NCBI GenBank assembly: GCA_021812805.1
Contig: JAKAMQ010000001.1
Location: 1-61,733, forward strand
DNA length: 61,733 nucleotides
Reading direction: 5' to 3'
Source: Acidobacteriota bacterium
GTDB lineage: Bacteria; Acidobacteriota; Holophagae; Holophagales; Holophagaceae
Shown: piece by piece, positions 46,014-56,905 of the stretch
How positions within the stretch are numbered: position 1 is the first letter of the stretch
Layout: every line of letters begins with the position of its first letter
The notes under the pieces: generated by a model
Database searches by the model: none
Told to the model about the DNA's origin: nothing
What the model saw: only the letters and a program-made list of their open reading frames with translations
Translations under genes and position numbers: made by a program

Positions 46014-47705
46014 TCAGTGGGTCTTGTCCCCTCCGGCCGGGAGGTGGGATGGATCCAGGATCGGCCCCGGCCCGTAGGTCCGGGCGATCTGGTCGGCCAG
46101 TGCGAGGGCTTCCCGGGTGATGGGCTCCGGATAGCCGCATACGCCCAGCAGGCGGATGGCGTTCCGGGAGCGCGCCGGTCCAGGGTGGAGGCGGTAATCG
46201 AAGGTGCATCCGCCATCCAGCACCTGCTCCTCGAAGTGGAACATCGCGTAAGCCTCACCCAGCAGGTCCTGGAGTTCCAGATCGTGCGTGGTGACCAGCG
46301 CCAGGTGCCGAACCCCGAGGTGGCGCAGCACAGCGGTGGCACTGGCGATGCGCTCCACGGTGTTGGTGCCCCGGAAGATCTCATCTATCACGAAGAGCCG
46401 CAGCGGCCCCGCCTCCGCAGCGTCCAGGAAGGTCCGCACCCGCGCGATCTCCGCGAAGAAATAGCTCTGCCCGCTGGCGAGGTGGTCCTCCCGGCGGATG
46501 GAGGACTGGACGATGGCCCGGGGCAGCGTTGCCTTCTCAGCCAGAACGAAGTGGAGCGTCTGGGCCAGGATCACGTTGATCGCCACGGTGCGGATGAAGG
46601 TGGTCTTCCCCGCCATGTTCGAGCCTGTGATGAGGGCCGACTGGTCCACCAGCGCCAGATCGTGGCCCACGGGCTCCACCAGGAGGGGATGGCACAGGCC
46701 CGTGGCCTCGATCCGCCGTTCCTCCACCAGCCGGGGCTCGCAGGCGCAGGGCGCGCCTTCCAGATACGACGCGACGGAGATCGCCGCATCGAGGGAGCCC
46801 ACCGCCTCCAGCAGATCCACCAGCTCTGGCTGGTGCTGGCGCAGGGCCTCCAGGATCCGGAGGAAGGCCAGGATGTCCAGGAGGAAGGCCAGATTCAGCA
46901 GGCCCATGATGGCCGTGCCCGCCTCCCCCATCTGGCTTCGATCCCTGGCGAACCAGCCGAGCTTCTTCTGAAGCGCCGCGGCCATGGGCGCCCGGGCCCG
47001 GATCGCCTCCAGCTGCGGCAGGCCGTGGGAGTCCGACACCTTGGCCAGGCTCCGGACGATGGTCAACAGGTGATCCACCTGCGCGAACCCACGATAGTGG
47101 GGTGTGACCTTCCGCCCGTAGGTCTCGTTGATGACCAGGTTGATGACCAGGAGTCCTGAGGCGGCCAGGAACAGGGGCAGGGAAGGAACGACGAACAACC
47201 CCATCAGACACGCCAGGGACAGGCCGCTGAGGAGGTACCAGCGCCAGGCATGACGCGGGCGCTCCGGCAAGGGCGACACCAACAGGGGCGCCAGCCAGCC
47301 CGTCCGGCGGGACTCCAGCGGCCGCAGCGCCCGCTGGATCGCCTCCCGCAGGGCGGCATCCTGCCGGAACAGGCGATACTGCCGGGTCCGTTCCGCCAGG
47401 CGTGTGTCGTCATCCAGGTAGGTCCGCATCTGGTGGTAGAGCACTTGGCCACCGGCCTGGCTGCAGGTGCGGTCCACCTGGGCGAACACCTCATCCAGAG
47501 CCAGATCCTGCCAGGTGGTCTCGTCCACCGTGGTTCCCGGCTCCGCCACCAGATCGTGGTACATCCGGAGGAGATCCAGGTCCCGTTCACGCGCGACCGG
47601 CTTGCCCCAGCCGGCGCGCAGCTCCGCCAGGCGATTCCGCCGCAGGCCCCGCAGGAAGGCCGCCACCCCCTCGCGGGCCCATCGGAGGGAATCGAACGGG
47701 CTCAT
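46014..47705 (-). CDS. Membrane-anchored MutS-related ATPase (domain V only)
   Basis: ITGSNMAGKTTFIR, SYFFAE, DEIFRGTN and VTTHD motifs; TM hairpin; ATGA overlap with rimI. Confidence 0.88.
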   Translation of the reverse strand: MSPFDSLRWAREGVAAFLRGLRRNRLAELRAGWGKPVARERDLDLLRMYHDLVAEPGTTVDETTWQDLALDEVFAQVDRTCSQAGGQVLYHQMRTYLDDDTRLAERTRQYRLFRQDAALREAIQRALRPLESRRTGWLAPLLVSPLPERPRHAWRWYLLSGLSLACLMGLFVVPSLPLFLAASGLLVINLVINETYGRKVTPHYRGFAQVDHLLTIVRSLAKVSDSHGLPQLEAIRARAPMAAALQKKLGWFARDRSQMGEAGTAIMGLLNLAFLLDILAFLRILEALRQHQPELVDLLEAVGSLDAAISVASYLEGAPCACEPRLVEERRIEATGLCHPLLVEPVGHDLALVDQSALITGSNMAGKTTFIRTVAINVILAQTLHFVLAEKATLPRAIVQSSIRREDHLASGQSYFFAEIARVRTFLDAAEAGPLRLFVIDEIFRGTNTVERIASATAVLRHLGVRHLALVTTHDLELQDLLGEAYAMFHFEEQVLDGGCTFDYRLHPGPARSRNAIRLLGVCGYPEPITREALALADQIARTYGPGPILDPSHLPAGGDKTH

Positions 47706-48118
47706 GGTGTCCTTTGGAACAGCGCCGCGTCCTCGCCATCGGGGTAGTAGCCGGGGCGGCGGCCGCAGGGCGCCCAGCCGCAGGCGCGGTAGAGGCGGAT
47801 GGCGGCGGCGTTGGAGACGCGCACTTCCAGGAAGAGATGGACGAGGCCCTCCGCTTCCAGGTCGCGCTGGCAGGCCTCCAGCAGCAGCCGGCCCAGGCCC
47901 CGGCCCCGGTGGGCGGGATCCACGGCGATGCGCAGCAGCTCGGCCTCCCCGGCGGCGGGCACGCGGCTCCAGCGGGCGAAGGCCACCCCAGGCACCAGCC
48001 ACAGGGCCTCGTGGGCGGCGGGGGCCTTCCAGGCGGCGCCGAAGGCCGTGCGGTCCAGCCGCGCCACCCAGTCCGGCAGGCCTTCGCCGGGCGCGAGGCG
48101 CCGGACCTCGTCGCTCAT
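47702..48118 (-). CDS. rimI: RimI-like GNAT N-acetyltransferase
   Basis: IAVDP..RGRGLG, LEVRVSN..AIRLY and YY.DGEDA motifs; follows tsaB. Confidence 0.85.
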   Translation of the reverse strand: MSDEVRRLAPGEGLPDWVARLDRTAFGAAWKAPAAHEALWLVPGVAFARWSRVPAAGEAELLRIAVDPAHRGRGLGRLLLEACQRDLEAEGLVHLFLEVRVSNAAAIRLYRACGWAPCGRRPGYYPDGEDAALFQRTP

Positions 48119-48825
48119 CGCGCCACGCCCTTGCGCAGGGTCTCCGGCAGGTGGGCGGCGGCGTGGGGGAAGTTCAGCTCCGCGTCCGTCTGGCGCAGGT
48201 AGAAGGGCGTGAGCGGGTTCTCCGGCGGCCCCTGGGCCGCGCGCCGCGCCGCCGCCACCAGGCCCGCCAGCATGGCCGCGCCCTCGTCCGCCAGGGTGAT
48301 CCGTCCTTCGGGCAGCGCCGCCGCCACCGTGGGGGCGTAGGCTTCCGGCGCCCACCAGGGCTCGCCCTTCACGCGCTCCGCCAGGGTGGCGACGGGATGC
48401 TTGCCCGCCGGTTCCGTGGCCTCCGCCGCCCAGCGCTGATGGAAGGCCTCACCCCGCTGGCCATCCAGGAGGATCCACAGGGGCCCCGCCACGCCGGCCT
48501 GGCCCTCGACGGCTTGGCGCAACGCCTCGGCGCGGAAGGCGAAGGCGGAGAAGCCCCAGGTGGGCAGGCCCGTGAGGCCCAGGCCCTCGGCGGTGGCCAC
48601 GCCGATGCGCAGGCTCGTGAACCCGCCCGGGCCCACGCAGGCGGCCACGCCCGTGAGGTCTGCGGGCGTGCCGCCCGCCTCCGCCAGGAGGCCGTCCAGG
48701 GCCGGGATCAGCCGCTCGCTGTGGCCCCGCCCTGGCCCCGACGCCACCCGCCGGGTCCAGGCCCGGTCGCCCTGGATCAGCGCCAAGTGGAGGATCTCCG
48801 TGGTGGTGTCGAGGGCGAGCAGCAT
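48115..48825 (-). CDS. tsaB: tRNA threonylcarbamoyladenosine biosynthesis protein TsaB
   Basis: MLLALDT, HSE.L.P, GPGGFTSLRIG and P.YLR motifs. Confidence 0.9.
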   Translation of the reverse strand: MLLALDTTTEILHLALIQGDRAWTRRVASGPGRGHSERLIPALDGLLAEAGGTPADLTGVAACVGPGGFTSLRIGVATAEGLGLTGLPTWGFSAFAFRAEALRQAVEGQAGVAGPLWILLDGQRGEAFHQRWAAEATEPAGKHPVATLAERVKGEPWWAPEAYAPTVAAALPEGRITLADEGAAMLAGLVAAARRAAQGPPENPLTPFYLRQTDAELNFPHAAAHLPETLRKGVAR

Positions 48826-48898
48826 GGGATCCAGTGTACAGGGGGCGGAACGCGAAGCGGCGGCCCGCAGGCCGCCGCTTCAGAAGGGTGCCTGGATC

Positions 48899-49090
48899 CT
48901 AGACGGCCTTCAGGATCTTGCCGGCCTGGATGCAGGAGGTGCAGACGCGCAGCCGCTTGGGCACACCGCCCACGAGGGCGCGCACGCGCTGGATGTTCGG
49001 GTTCCAACGGCGCTTGGTGACGTTGTTGGAGTGGGAGACGTTGTTCCCGAACTGGGGCTTCTTGCCACAGATTTCGCACTGACGGGACAT
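48899..49090 (-). CDS. rpmB: 50S ribosomal protein L28
   Basis: [34 protein letters not shown]. Confidence 0.96.
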   Translation of the reverse strand: MSRQCEICGKKPQFGNNVSHSNNVTKRRWNPNIQRVRALVGGVPKRLRVCTSCIQAGKILKAV

Positions 49091-49212
49091 GGGAACCTCA
49101 CGGGCCAAGGGGCGGAACAGCCAAGAGAACCAGTCTAGCGGCCCAGGCCCGGAACGCAAGGAGAAAGCCTGCGCCGTTCCCCGCTTGCGCCCCGCCGCAT
49201 CCCCGTCCCAGG

Positions 49213-50070
49213 ATGGGGACACCTTCCCGGCCTCGCATGGATCTCCGCCCCTGGGCCCTCGCCTTCACCCTCCTGGACTGGCCCGAGCGCCAGAAGGCCG
49301 CCCTCTGGGCCGAGCTGCAGGCGGGCGGCGTCCCCGCCCTGCCCCCGGCGGGAACCGACGCCCTGGCGGGATTGATGGCCGACCTCCCCCGGCGCCAGGC
49401 CGAGGCCCGGGACCGCGGCGCCCGCCTGCTGCTGCCCGGCGACGAGGGCGTGGACGCCCTGCTGGCGCCCCTGCCTTACCCCGTGGCCCTGTGGGTGCGC
49501 GGCACCCTGCCGCCGCCCGGCCCCCGGGTGGCCGTGGTGGGCAGCCGCTCGGCCAGCGCCCGCGGGCGGGCCCGGGCCCGGGCCTGGGCGAAGGCGCTCA
49601 CGGCGGCGGGCGTGGCCGTGCTCTCGGGCCTGGCCCGGGGCGTGGATGGCGCCGCCCACGAAGGGGCCCTGGCGGCGGGCGCCACCTGGGGCGTGCTGGG
49701 CTCGGGCCTGGACCAGCCCTACCCGCCCGAGCACAGGCCCCTGATGGACCGGATCGTCGCGGCCGGGGGCGGCGTGCTCACCCCCTTCCCGCCCGAGGCC
49801 CCGCCCCGGAAGTGGCACTTCCCCCGGCGCAACTGGCTGCTGGCGGCCTGGACGGAAGGGGTGCTGGTCATCGAGGCCCGGCAGCAATCCGGCTCCCTGG
49901 TCACCGCCCGCCTCGCCCTCGACCTGGGCAAGGAGCTCTGGGTGTGCCCCGGATCACCGGAGGATCCCTCCGCCGAGGGGCCCAACGCTTTGCTAAGAGA
50001 GGGTGCTGCAAGGATTTGTTTATCCCCTGTCCAGCTGCTTGAGGAACTCGCTCCCGCCCGGATTACTTGA
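49213..50070 (+). CDS. dprA: DNA processing protein DprA
   Basis: [24 protein letters not shown] and SGSLVTA motifs; upstream of topA. Confidence 0.92.
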   Translation: MGTPSRPRMDLRPWALAFTLLDWPERQKAALWAELQAGGVPALPPAGTDALAGLMADLPRRQAEARDRGARLLLPGDEGVDALLAPLPYPVALWVRGTLPPPGPRVAVVGSRSASARGRARARAWAKALTAAGVAVLSGLARGVDGAAHEGALAAGATWGVLGSGLDQPYPPEHRPLMDRIVAAGGGVLTPFPPEAPPRKWHFPRRNWLLAAWTEGVLVIEARQQSGSLVTARLALDLGKELWVCPGSPEDPSAEGPNALLREGAARICLSPVQLLEELAPARIT

Positions 50071-50111
50071 CAAACCTCTGCCCTTAGGTTCCATCCTTAG
50101 CCCCCTGGGAG

Positions 50112-52595
50112 ATGCCTGTGACCAAGCTCGTGATCGTCGAAAGCCCCTCGAAGGCGAAGACCATCACCAAGTACCTCGGCAAGGGGTACAAGGTCATGGC
50201 CTCCGTGGGCCACATCCGGGATCTGCCCAAGAAGCTGGGCGTGGACATCGAGAACGGGTTCCAGGAGGAGTACGAGATCAGCCCGGCCAAGGAGAAGGTG
50301 GTCAAGGAGCTGCGGGCTGCCGCCAAGACCGCCTCCGAGCTGGTGCTCGCCACCGACCCCGACCGCGAGGGGGAGGCCATCAGCTGGCACCTGCTGGAGG
50401 CCATCAAGCCCCCCAAGACCCTGCCCGTGAGCCGGGTCCTCTTCAACGAGATCACCCCGGCCGGCATCCAGAAGGCCATGGCCGCGCCCACCGTCATCAA
50501 TAAGAAGCTCGTGGACGCCCAGCGGGCCCGGCGGGTGCTGGACCGCCTCGTGGGCTACAAGGTGAGCCAGGTGCTCTGGGACAAGGTGCGCCGGGGCCTC
50601 AGCGCCGGGCGCGTCCAGAGCGTGGCCGTGCGCATCATCGTGGACCGCGAGCGGGAGATCCAGGCCCACGTCCCCGTCGAATACTGGGTGGTGAAGGGCA
50701 AGTTCGCCGCCAAGCTGCCCCCCGCCTTCTGGATGAAGCTGGTGAAGGTGGGCGGCGAGGCCCTCCAGCTCGGCAACAAAGAGACCAAGCGCCGCATCGC
50801 CGATGCCGCCCAGGCCAAGGAGCTGAAGGCGAAGCTGGAAAAGGCCGCCTACACGGTGACCGGCCTCGAAACCAAGGAGAAGAAGCGGAACCCCGCCGCT
50901 CCCTTCACCACCGCCAAGCTCCAGCAGGAATCGGCGCAGAAGCTCAAGATGAGCGTCAGCCGCACCATGCAGAACGCCCAGCGCCTGTACGAGGGCGTGG
51001 ACTTCGGCCAGGGGCCCGTGGGCCTCATCACCTACATGCGCACCGATTCGCCCCGCATGGCCCCCGAAGCCGTGGAGGCCACCCGCGAATTCATCGCCAA
51101 GAAGTACGGGAAGGAGTACCTGCCCGCCAAGGCCCGCATCTACACCGGCAAGGCCGGGGCCCAGGATGCCCACGAGGCCATCCGCCCCACGGACGTCACC
51201 CGCACGCCCGAGAGCCTGCGGGGCCACCTGGAGCCCGACCAGTTCCGCCTCTATGCCCTCATCTGGCGGCGGACGATGGCCAGCCAGATGGAGGCCGCCC
51301 GCTTCGATGAGACCGTGGTGCAGACCGAAGCCGAGCTGGGCAAGAAGGAAACGGCCCTCTTCGAGGCCAAGGGCGAGATCGAGCGCTTCCCCGGCTGGCT
51401 GGCCGTGTACCGGGCCGACGCCACCGAGGCCGACGCCGAGGCCATCGCCGATGCCGCCAAGGGTGACGAGGAGGACGAGGGCGAGGAGGGCCTGCTGCCG
51501 GCCCTGAAGCTGGGCGAGCCCCTGAAGCTGGAGCAGCTCGACACCGATCAGCAGTTCACCAAGCCCCCCGCCCGCTTCAACGAGGCCACGCTCGTGAAGG
51601 AGCTGGAGGAGGATGGCATCGGCCGCCCCTCCACCTACGCCAGCATCATCGCCACCATCCAGGACCGGGACTACGTCAAGAAGCACGAAGGCCGCTTCAA
51701 GCCCACCGATCTGGGCATGACGGTCACCGACCTGCTGCTGCAGGGTTTCCAGGACCTGCTGGATCCCAAGTACACCTCGGGCATGGAGGGCAACCTCGAC
51801 CGCATCGAGGAGGGCAGGCTCACCTTCAAGAAGGCCATGACGGACTTCTATGGGCCCTTCGAGCTGGCGCTCAAGGCCGCCGGGCAGGACATGCAGAACC
51901 TCAAGGCCGGCGTGCCCACGGGGGAGAAGTGCCCCAAGTGCGGCGACCGGAAGAAACACCCGGGCACCCTGCTCAAGCGCATCGGCCGCAACGGCCTTTT
52001 CGTGGGCTGCACCAACTACGGTGCGGAGAACGAGAAGGACAAGTGCGACTACACCGCCGACCTCGAAAAGATGGAGGAGCCGGAGGACGCGCCGGAGTGC
52101 CCGCTCTGCGGCACCACCCCCATGAACCTGCGCAAGGGCCAGTGGGGCCCCTTCTGGGCCTGCCCCAAGTACCCCGCCTGCAAGGGCATCGTGAAGGCCG
52201 ATCCGAAAGGCATCCCGGTTCCACCGGACGAACCCACCGGCGAGAAATGCCCCAACTGCGGCAAGGGCTTCGTGAAGCGGCACGGCCGCTACGGCGAGTT
52301 CGTCTGCTGCGTGGACTACCCCACCTGCAAGACCGTGAAGAAGGAGATCCTCGCCGTCCCCTGCCCCAAGTGCGGTGGCGGCCTCAGCCCCCGCAAGACC
52401 CGCTTCGGCAAAGTCTTCTACGGCTGCACCAACTACCCCAAGTGCGACTTCACCGCCTGGGACAAGCCCGTCCCCGTCACCTGCCCCGCGTGCAAGAACC
52501 CCACCATGGGCGAAAAGACCCGCAAACTCCGCGGCAAGGATCCCATCCAGGTCCTTCTCTGCCCCAAGTGCGGGCATGAAGAGCCGATGGGGTGA
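50112..52595 (+). CDS. topA: DNA topoisomerase I
   Basis: LVIVESPSKAK, DPDREGE, SAGRVQS, ITYMRTDS, GIGRPSTY and C-terminal zinc ribbons. Confidence 0.97.
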   Translation: MPVTKLVIVESPSKAKTITKYLGKGYKVMASVGHIRDLPKKLGVDIENGFQEEYEISPAKEKVVKELRAAAKTASELVLATDPDREGEAISWHLLEAIKPPKTLPVSRVLFNEITPAGIQKAMAAPTVINKKLVDAQRARRVLDRLVGYKVSQVLWDKVRRGLSAGRVQSVAVRIIVDREREIQAHVPVEYWVVKGKFAAKLPPAFWMKLVKVGGEALQLGNKETKRRIADAAQAKELKAKLEKAAYTVTGLETKEKKRNPAAPFTTAKLQQESAQKLKMSVSRTMQNAQRLYEGVDFGQGPVGLITYMRTDSPRMAPEAVEATREFIAKKYGKEYLPAKARIYTGKAGAQDAHEAIRPTDVTRTPESLRGHLEPDQFRLYALIWRRTMASQMEAARFDETVVQTEAELGKKETALFEAKGEIERFPGWLAVYRADATEADAEAIADAAKGDEEDEGEEGLLPALKLGEPLKLEQLDTDQQFTKPPARFNEATLVKELEEDGIGRPSTYASIIATIQDRDYVKKHEGRFKPTDLGMTVTDLLLQGFQDLLDPKYTSGMEGNLDRIEEGRLTFKKAMTDFYGPFELALKAAGQDMQNLKAGVPTGEKCPKCGDRKKHPGTLLKRIGRNGLFVGCTNYGAENEKDKCDYTADLEKMEEPEDAPECPLCGTTPMNLRKGQWGPFWACPKYPACKGIVKADPKGIPVPPDEPTGEKCPNCGKGFVKRHGRYGEFVCCVDYPTCKTVKKEILAVPCPKCGGGLSPRKTRFGKVFYGCTNYPKCDFTAWDKPVPVTCPACKNPTMGEKTRKLRGKDPIQVLLCPKCGHEEPMG

Positions 52596-52952
52596 CGACC
52601 AAGTGGGTCGCGGAGTAGGCTGCGGGGCAGCCTACGGAGCGGGGGCCCACTGGGAGTCAGTCAGGATGGGGTGAGACGAAAGAATTTCGTGGGTTTGAAC
52701 GTCTCAGTCGATTGGGAAACTCCAGGAATCCAGATAAACCGAGGCATTTATGGCGTGGGTGGTCGACCGCCTCACCCCTCGAACCGCACCCCCCTGAGCC
52801 GCTCGCTCAGGCCCCACAGGCGCTCGGCGGTCTGGGGGTCGGGCATGGGGGCGCACGCCGATACTGCCGGGGGTGCCGGGCGGCCGCATGGGGGTCAGGC
52901 GTACCCCACGGCGGCCCGGAGAGCCCTGTTCATCCGCATCCCGGCGTTCTTC

Positions 52953-53102
52953 CATCCGTGTTCATCTGTGTGCATCTGTGGTTCCAATTCATTGAAAAGG
53001 AAAGGGAAGCCACCGATGAACACCGATAAAGACAAGGCGCGGCTCCAGGTTGTTCTGCCTTATCGGTGTCCATCCGCTTTGATCGGGGTGCATCGGTGTC
53101 CC
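52953..53102. repeat. Imperfect 10-mer (CATC[CT]GTGT) direct and inverted repeat element
   Basis: catccgtgtt-catctgtgtg-catctgtggt; ccaccgatga-acaccgataa; ttatcggtgt...gcatcggtgt. Confidence 0.6.
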
Positions 53103-53332
53103 AGCCTTTTGCTTTTTCTGTCTCCCCCTTGCCAAACGACATGAACGTTGACCCCCGGGACGACACGCATCGTGACCCCCTTGGTTGAGGTGGACCCGAT
53201 GGGGGCCGCCGTCGAGGGGGCCTTCCCGGTGGTGTGAGCCCCCTCATTCCCCGAAGATTCCCTTGGCAAGGCCTTCCAGCGGGCTGTAGCCTTGGCTCCC
53301 AACCCTTGTTGTGAGTCTTAATCTCTCATCCC

Positions 53333-55132
53333 ATGCCGACGCCCCCCCTGAATGACTGGCTGTTCGACGGATTCCCCGAGGGGCTCTGTGTGGTCCGGCT
53401 GCGGGACGACGGGATGGTGCGGGTCAACGGGGCCTGGTGCCGCCGGACGGGGGCCCGGGCGGAGGATCTGCTGGGGCGGACGGGCCGGGATCTGGGGTTC
53501 TGGCCGGATACGGCGGCACGGGACCGCGTGTTCGGCGGCGGGACGGGCCGCATCCTGGGCCACGGGGTGTCGGGCACCCGGGTGGACTGGGCAGGCGAGC
53601 CCTGCCTCGGGCTGAGGATGGCGGAGACCCCCGCCCCCCTGGCGCCGGCAACCCGCTCCGAGAGCGAGGATCTCTTCCTCAAGGCCTTCCAGTTCTTCCC
53701 CTCGGCCCTGGGGATCACCCACCTGAAGACAGGCGAGTTCGTCTCGGTGAACGCGGCCTTCCTCTCCATGTTCGGCTATGCGAAGGGCGAGGTGGAGGGC
53801 AAGACCTCGCTGGACATTGGGCTCTGGGCGGATTCGGCGGATCGGCAGTCGGCGGTGGAGCGCCTGGGCCGGGGCGAGGAGGTCCACGGCTTCGAGGTGG
53901 TCTTCCGCCGCAAGGATGGCTCCACCCTCTTCGTGGCCTATTCGGGCCGGCTGGTGGACCTCCACGGGCAGACCTACCTCCTGTCGGCGGCCATGGATGT
54001 CACCGCCCGCCGGCAGGCGGAGGAGGACCGGCGGCGCCTGGCCGACCAGGTGGCCCAGGCCCAGAAGCTGGACAGCCTGGGCAGCCTGGCGGGGGGCGTG
54101 GCCCACGACATGAACAACGTGCTGGCGGCCATCCTCACCATCGCCGATTTCCACCAGGCCTCGGCCCCGGAAGGGACGCGCCTCCAGAAGAACATGGAGA
54201 CCATCGTCAAGGCCTGCCTGCGCGGCGGAACGCTCGTGAAGGGCCTCCTGGGCTTCGCGCGCACGGCCCTGACCGAGGAGCAACGGGTGGATCTCAACGC
54301 CGTGGTGGCCGAAGGGATCGCCCTCCTGGAACGGACGACGCTCCAGAAGGTGCGGATCCACACGGACCTTTCGGAGACCCTGAGCCCGGTGAAGGGCGAT
54401 CCGGCGGCCCTGGGCCACGCCTTCATGAACCTCTGCGTGAACGCCGTGGACGCCATGCCGGAGGGCGGCCTGCTCACCGTGAAATCCTGGAACGAGCCCA
54501 CCGGCTGCGTGCATCTCGAGGTGGCCGACACGGGCTGCGGCATGTCGCCGGAGGTGCTCGACAAGGCCCTGGATCCCTTCTTCACGACCAAGCCCCAGGG
54601 CAAGGGCACGGGGCTGGGCCTCTCCATCGTGTACCGCACCGTGAAGGCCCACGGCGGGGATCTCCAGATCCGCAGCCACCCCGGCCAGGGCACCGAGGTC
54701 GCCATCCGCCTCCCCGCCGGGCCCGCCTCGGCTGAGGACGCCTCGCCGGTGCGCCTGCGGTTCCGGAGGGGCCGCGCCCTCCGCATCCTGGTGGTGGACG
54801 ACGACGAACTCATCCAGCAGAGCCTGGGGCCCATGCTGGAGGCGATCGGCCACGCGCCGCAGATCGTCGGACTGGGCGAGGAGGCCCTCGTGCGGCTGGA
54901 AGCGGGGCTGGAGGTGGACGGCGTGATCCTCGACCTCAACATGCCCGGCATCGGCGGCGCGGCCACCCTCGTCCGGCTCCGCGCCCTGCATCCCGAGCTG
55001 CCCGTGGTGCTGGCCACGGGACGGGCCGATCAGGAGGCCCTGGACCTAGTCTCCCGGGTGCCCAAGGTGTCGCTCATGGCCAAGCCCTTCACCCTCCAGT
55101 CCCTGACGGCCTGCCTGGAGGCGATGGGGTGA
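53333..55132 (+). CDS. PAS hybrid sensor kinase/response regulator
   Basis: PAS domains, GGVAHDMNN, PFFTTK..GTGLGL, C-terminal receiver (VVDDD, LDLNMPG, KPF). Confidence 0.92.
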   Translation: MPTPPLNDWLFDGFPEGLCVVRLRDDGMVRVNGAWCRRTGARAEDLLGRTGRDLGFWPDTAARDRVFGGGTGRILGHGVSGTRVDWAGEPCLGLRMAETPAPLAPATRSESEDLFLKAFQFFPSALGITHLKTGEFVSVNAAFLSMFGYAKGEVEGKTSLDIGLWADSADRQSAVERLGRGEEVHGFEVVFRRKDGSTLFVAYSGRLVDLHGQTYLLSAAMDVTARRQAEEDRRRLADQVAQAQKLDSLGSLAGGVAHDMNNVLAAILTIADFHQASAPEGTRLQKNMETIVKACLRGGTLVKGLLGFARTALTEEQRVDLNAVVAEGIALLERTTLQKVRIHTDLSETLSPVKGDPAALGHAFMNLCVNAVDAMPEGGLLTVKSWNEPTGCVHLEVADTGCGMSPEVLDKALDPFFTTKPQGKGTGLGLSIVYRTVKAHGGDLQIRSHPGQGTEVAIRLPAGPASAEDASPVRLRFRRGRALRILVVDDDELIQQSLGPMLEAIGHAPQIVGLGEEALVRLEAGLEVDGVILDLNMPGIGGAATLVRLRALHPELPVVLATGRADQEALDLVSRVPKVSLMAKPFTLQSLTACLEAMG

Positions 55133-55222
55133 AGCGGGCCCGCGACGGATGGGCCGCTCGCCCTTGTACGGGCATTCCAGGCCGGGTGCATTAGGATGGT
55201 CCCACCGCTCCGGAGGCCAGCC

Positions 55223-55648
55223 ATGCGAAAAACCGGCATCATTCTCGCGCTGCTGGGGATCTCCTTCGGGGTGCTGGCCCTGATGTTCGCCACGGGCTAC
55301 CAGCGGGAGCAGGGCTTCCTGGGCAGCCTGCCGGGCATGTCGCTGGTGCTCAGGCCGGGGGTCGAGGTGCAGCTGGCCGATGAACCCGTCACGGACACCA
55401 AGGCCTTCTTCCACTGGGAGGACGCGGCGGGGAACCGCCAGACCAGCGACCGGGCGCCCGCGGAGGATACGGTCGTCCGCGCGTTCAGCGTCACCACCCA
55501 GCGCGACGGACGCTGGATCGCCCGCCCCGGACGCACCCGCACGGAGGTGCGCGGCCGGAAGACCCTGCCGCTCCGGGATGCCCTGGCCTTCGCCCTTTTC
55601 CTGCTCATGCTGGGCCTCGGCCAGACGCTGCTGTCGAAGCACCGCTAG
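55223..55648 (+). CDS. Hypothetical membrane protein
   Basis: GGAGG RBS; TM helices at both termini. Confidence 0.65.
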   Translation: MRKTGIILALLGISFGVLALMFATGYQREQGFLGSLPGMSLVLRPGVEVQLADEPVTDTKAFFHWEDAAGNRQTSDRAPAEDTVVRAFSVTTQRDGRWIARPGRTRTEVRGRKTLPLRDALAFALFLLMLGLGQTLLSKHR

Positions 55649-55843
55649 GGCACCTCGCCTGAAATACCTGGATCAACGGCTCGAAGGCGAGGTGCACTTC
55701 CATCGGGGCATGGCCCCTCTGGCGCCCTTGCGCGCAGACGCGCCAGGGCTGTCACCCCGCTGGGGGCACTGGCGTGCCCCCAGACCCCCGCCACGTGGTG
55801 CTCACGGCCTGGGTTGCCGCCGGACGGCCCGCACCTCCCCCGC

Positions 55844-56878
55844 CTAGAGTTCCTGCAGGCGGCCGAGAAGCCATTGGAGGAGAGGCTCCCCCCCCAGGCA
55901 GCGCTGCTCGGCCACCAGGAGCGGCAGGTCCAGAACGGCGGCATGGCTGGGGCCGAGCTTGACCGCGTCCTTCTCGGTGCAGACCAGCCAGGTGGCGCCA
56001 TCGTCCCGAGCCTGAACCTGGAGGGCCTGCAGATCCCCGGGGCCGGGTCCACGATGGTCGGGGAAGGAATGCGTGCCCGTCCAGCCCTGGCCTGCGACCA
56101 GAAGATCCGCGTAGAAGGCCTCGGGATGCCCCAGCCCGCAAAAGGCGAACGCCGGCCCCTGCCCCGCCCAGGGCAGGCCGATCCGCTCCTCCGAACCCCA
56201 ACGGCGGAGCGCCCCGAGGGCGAAATCCACCCAGAAGATGGGGCCACCGGATCCGTGTCGGGCCCACCAGGCCTCCACGGCCGCGCGATCCTGGACCCGC
56301 GCCGCCCGCGTGACGACGAGGGCATGGGCGCGCCGGAGGCTCTCCACCGGCTCGCGCAGGTCGCCCCGGGGCAACAGGCGCCCATTCCCCCACAGGCGGA
56401 CCCCATCCAGCAGGAGGAGATCCAGGTCACGGTGGAGCGCCCGGTGCTGGAACCCGTCATCCAGGAGCAGGCAACGCAGATCTGGCCGCTGAGCCAGGGC
56501 CCGGAGGGCTGCCGCATGCCGCCGGCGGCCCACCACCACCCGCTCCGGCCCCAGGCGCCGCGCCATGAGCAGCGGTTCATCCCCGACCTGCCGGGGATCC
56601 GAGTCAGCCTCCACGCTCATGGGATCCACCTCCCGGCGGCCGCCATAGCCCCGGGAGACCACGGCATTCGGCCAGCCGGCGGCTTCCAGGGCTTCCGCCA
56701 GGAACAGGGAAAGCGGGGTCTTCCCGGTCCCGCCGGTACTCAGGTTCCCCACGGAGACCACAGGTACCGGCACCCGCGCCGCGCGATCCGGGTGGAGGTC
56801 GAAGGACCGGTTCCGCGCCCGCACCGCCAGCCCATAGAGCGGGGCCAGCGGAGCCGCGAGATGGCGCAGAATGGACAT
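55844..56878 (-). CDS. lpxK: Tetraacyldisaccharide 4'-kinase
   Basis: SVGNLSTGGTGKTP, SRGYG, GDEP, DDGFQH and TEKDAVK motifs. Confidence 0.93.
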   Translation of the reverse strand: MSILRHLAAPLAPLYGLAVRARNRSFDLHPDRAARVPVPVVSVGNLSTGGTGKTPLSLFLAEALEAAGWPNAVVSRGYGGRREVDPMSVEADSDPRQVGDEPLLMARRLGPERVVVGRRRHAAALRALAQRPDLRCLLLDDGFQHRALHRDLDLLLLDGVRLWGNGRLLPRGDLREPVESLRRAHALVVTRAARVQDRAAVEAWWARHGSGGPIFWVDFALGALRRWGSEERIGLPWAGQGPAFAFCGLGHPEAFYADLLVAGQGWTGTHSFPDHRGPGPGDLQALQVQARDDGATWLVCTEKDAVKLGPSHAAVLDLPLLVAEQRCLGGEPLLQWLLGRLQEL

Positions 56879-56905
56879 GAGCATGAGCATAGCGGAGGGG
56901 GGAGC

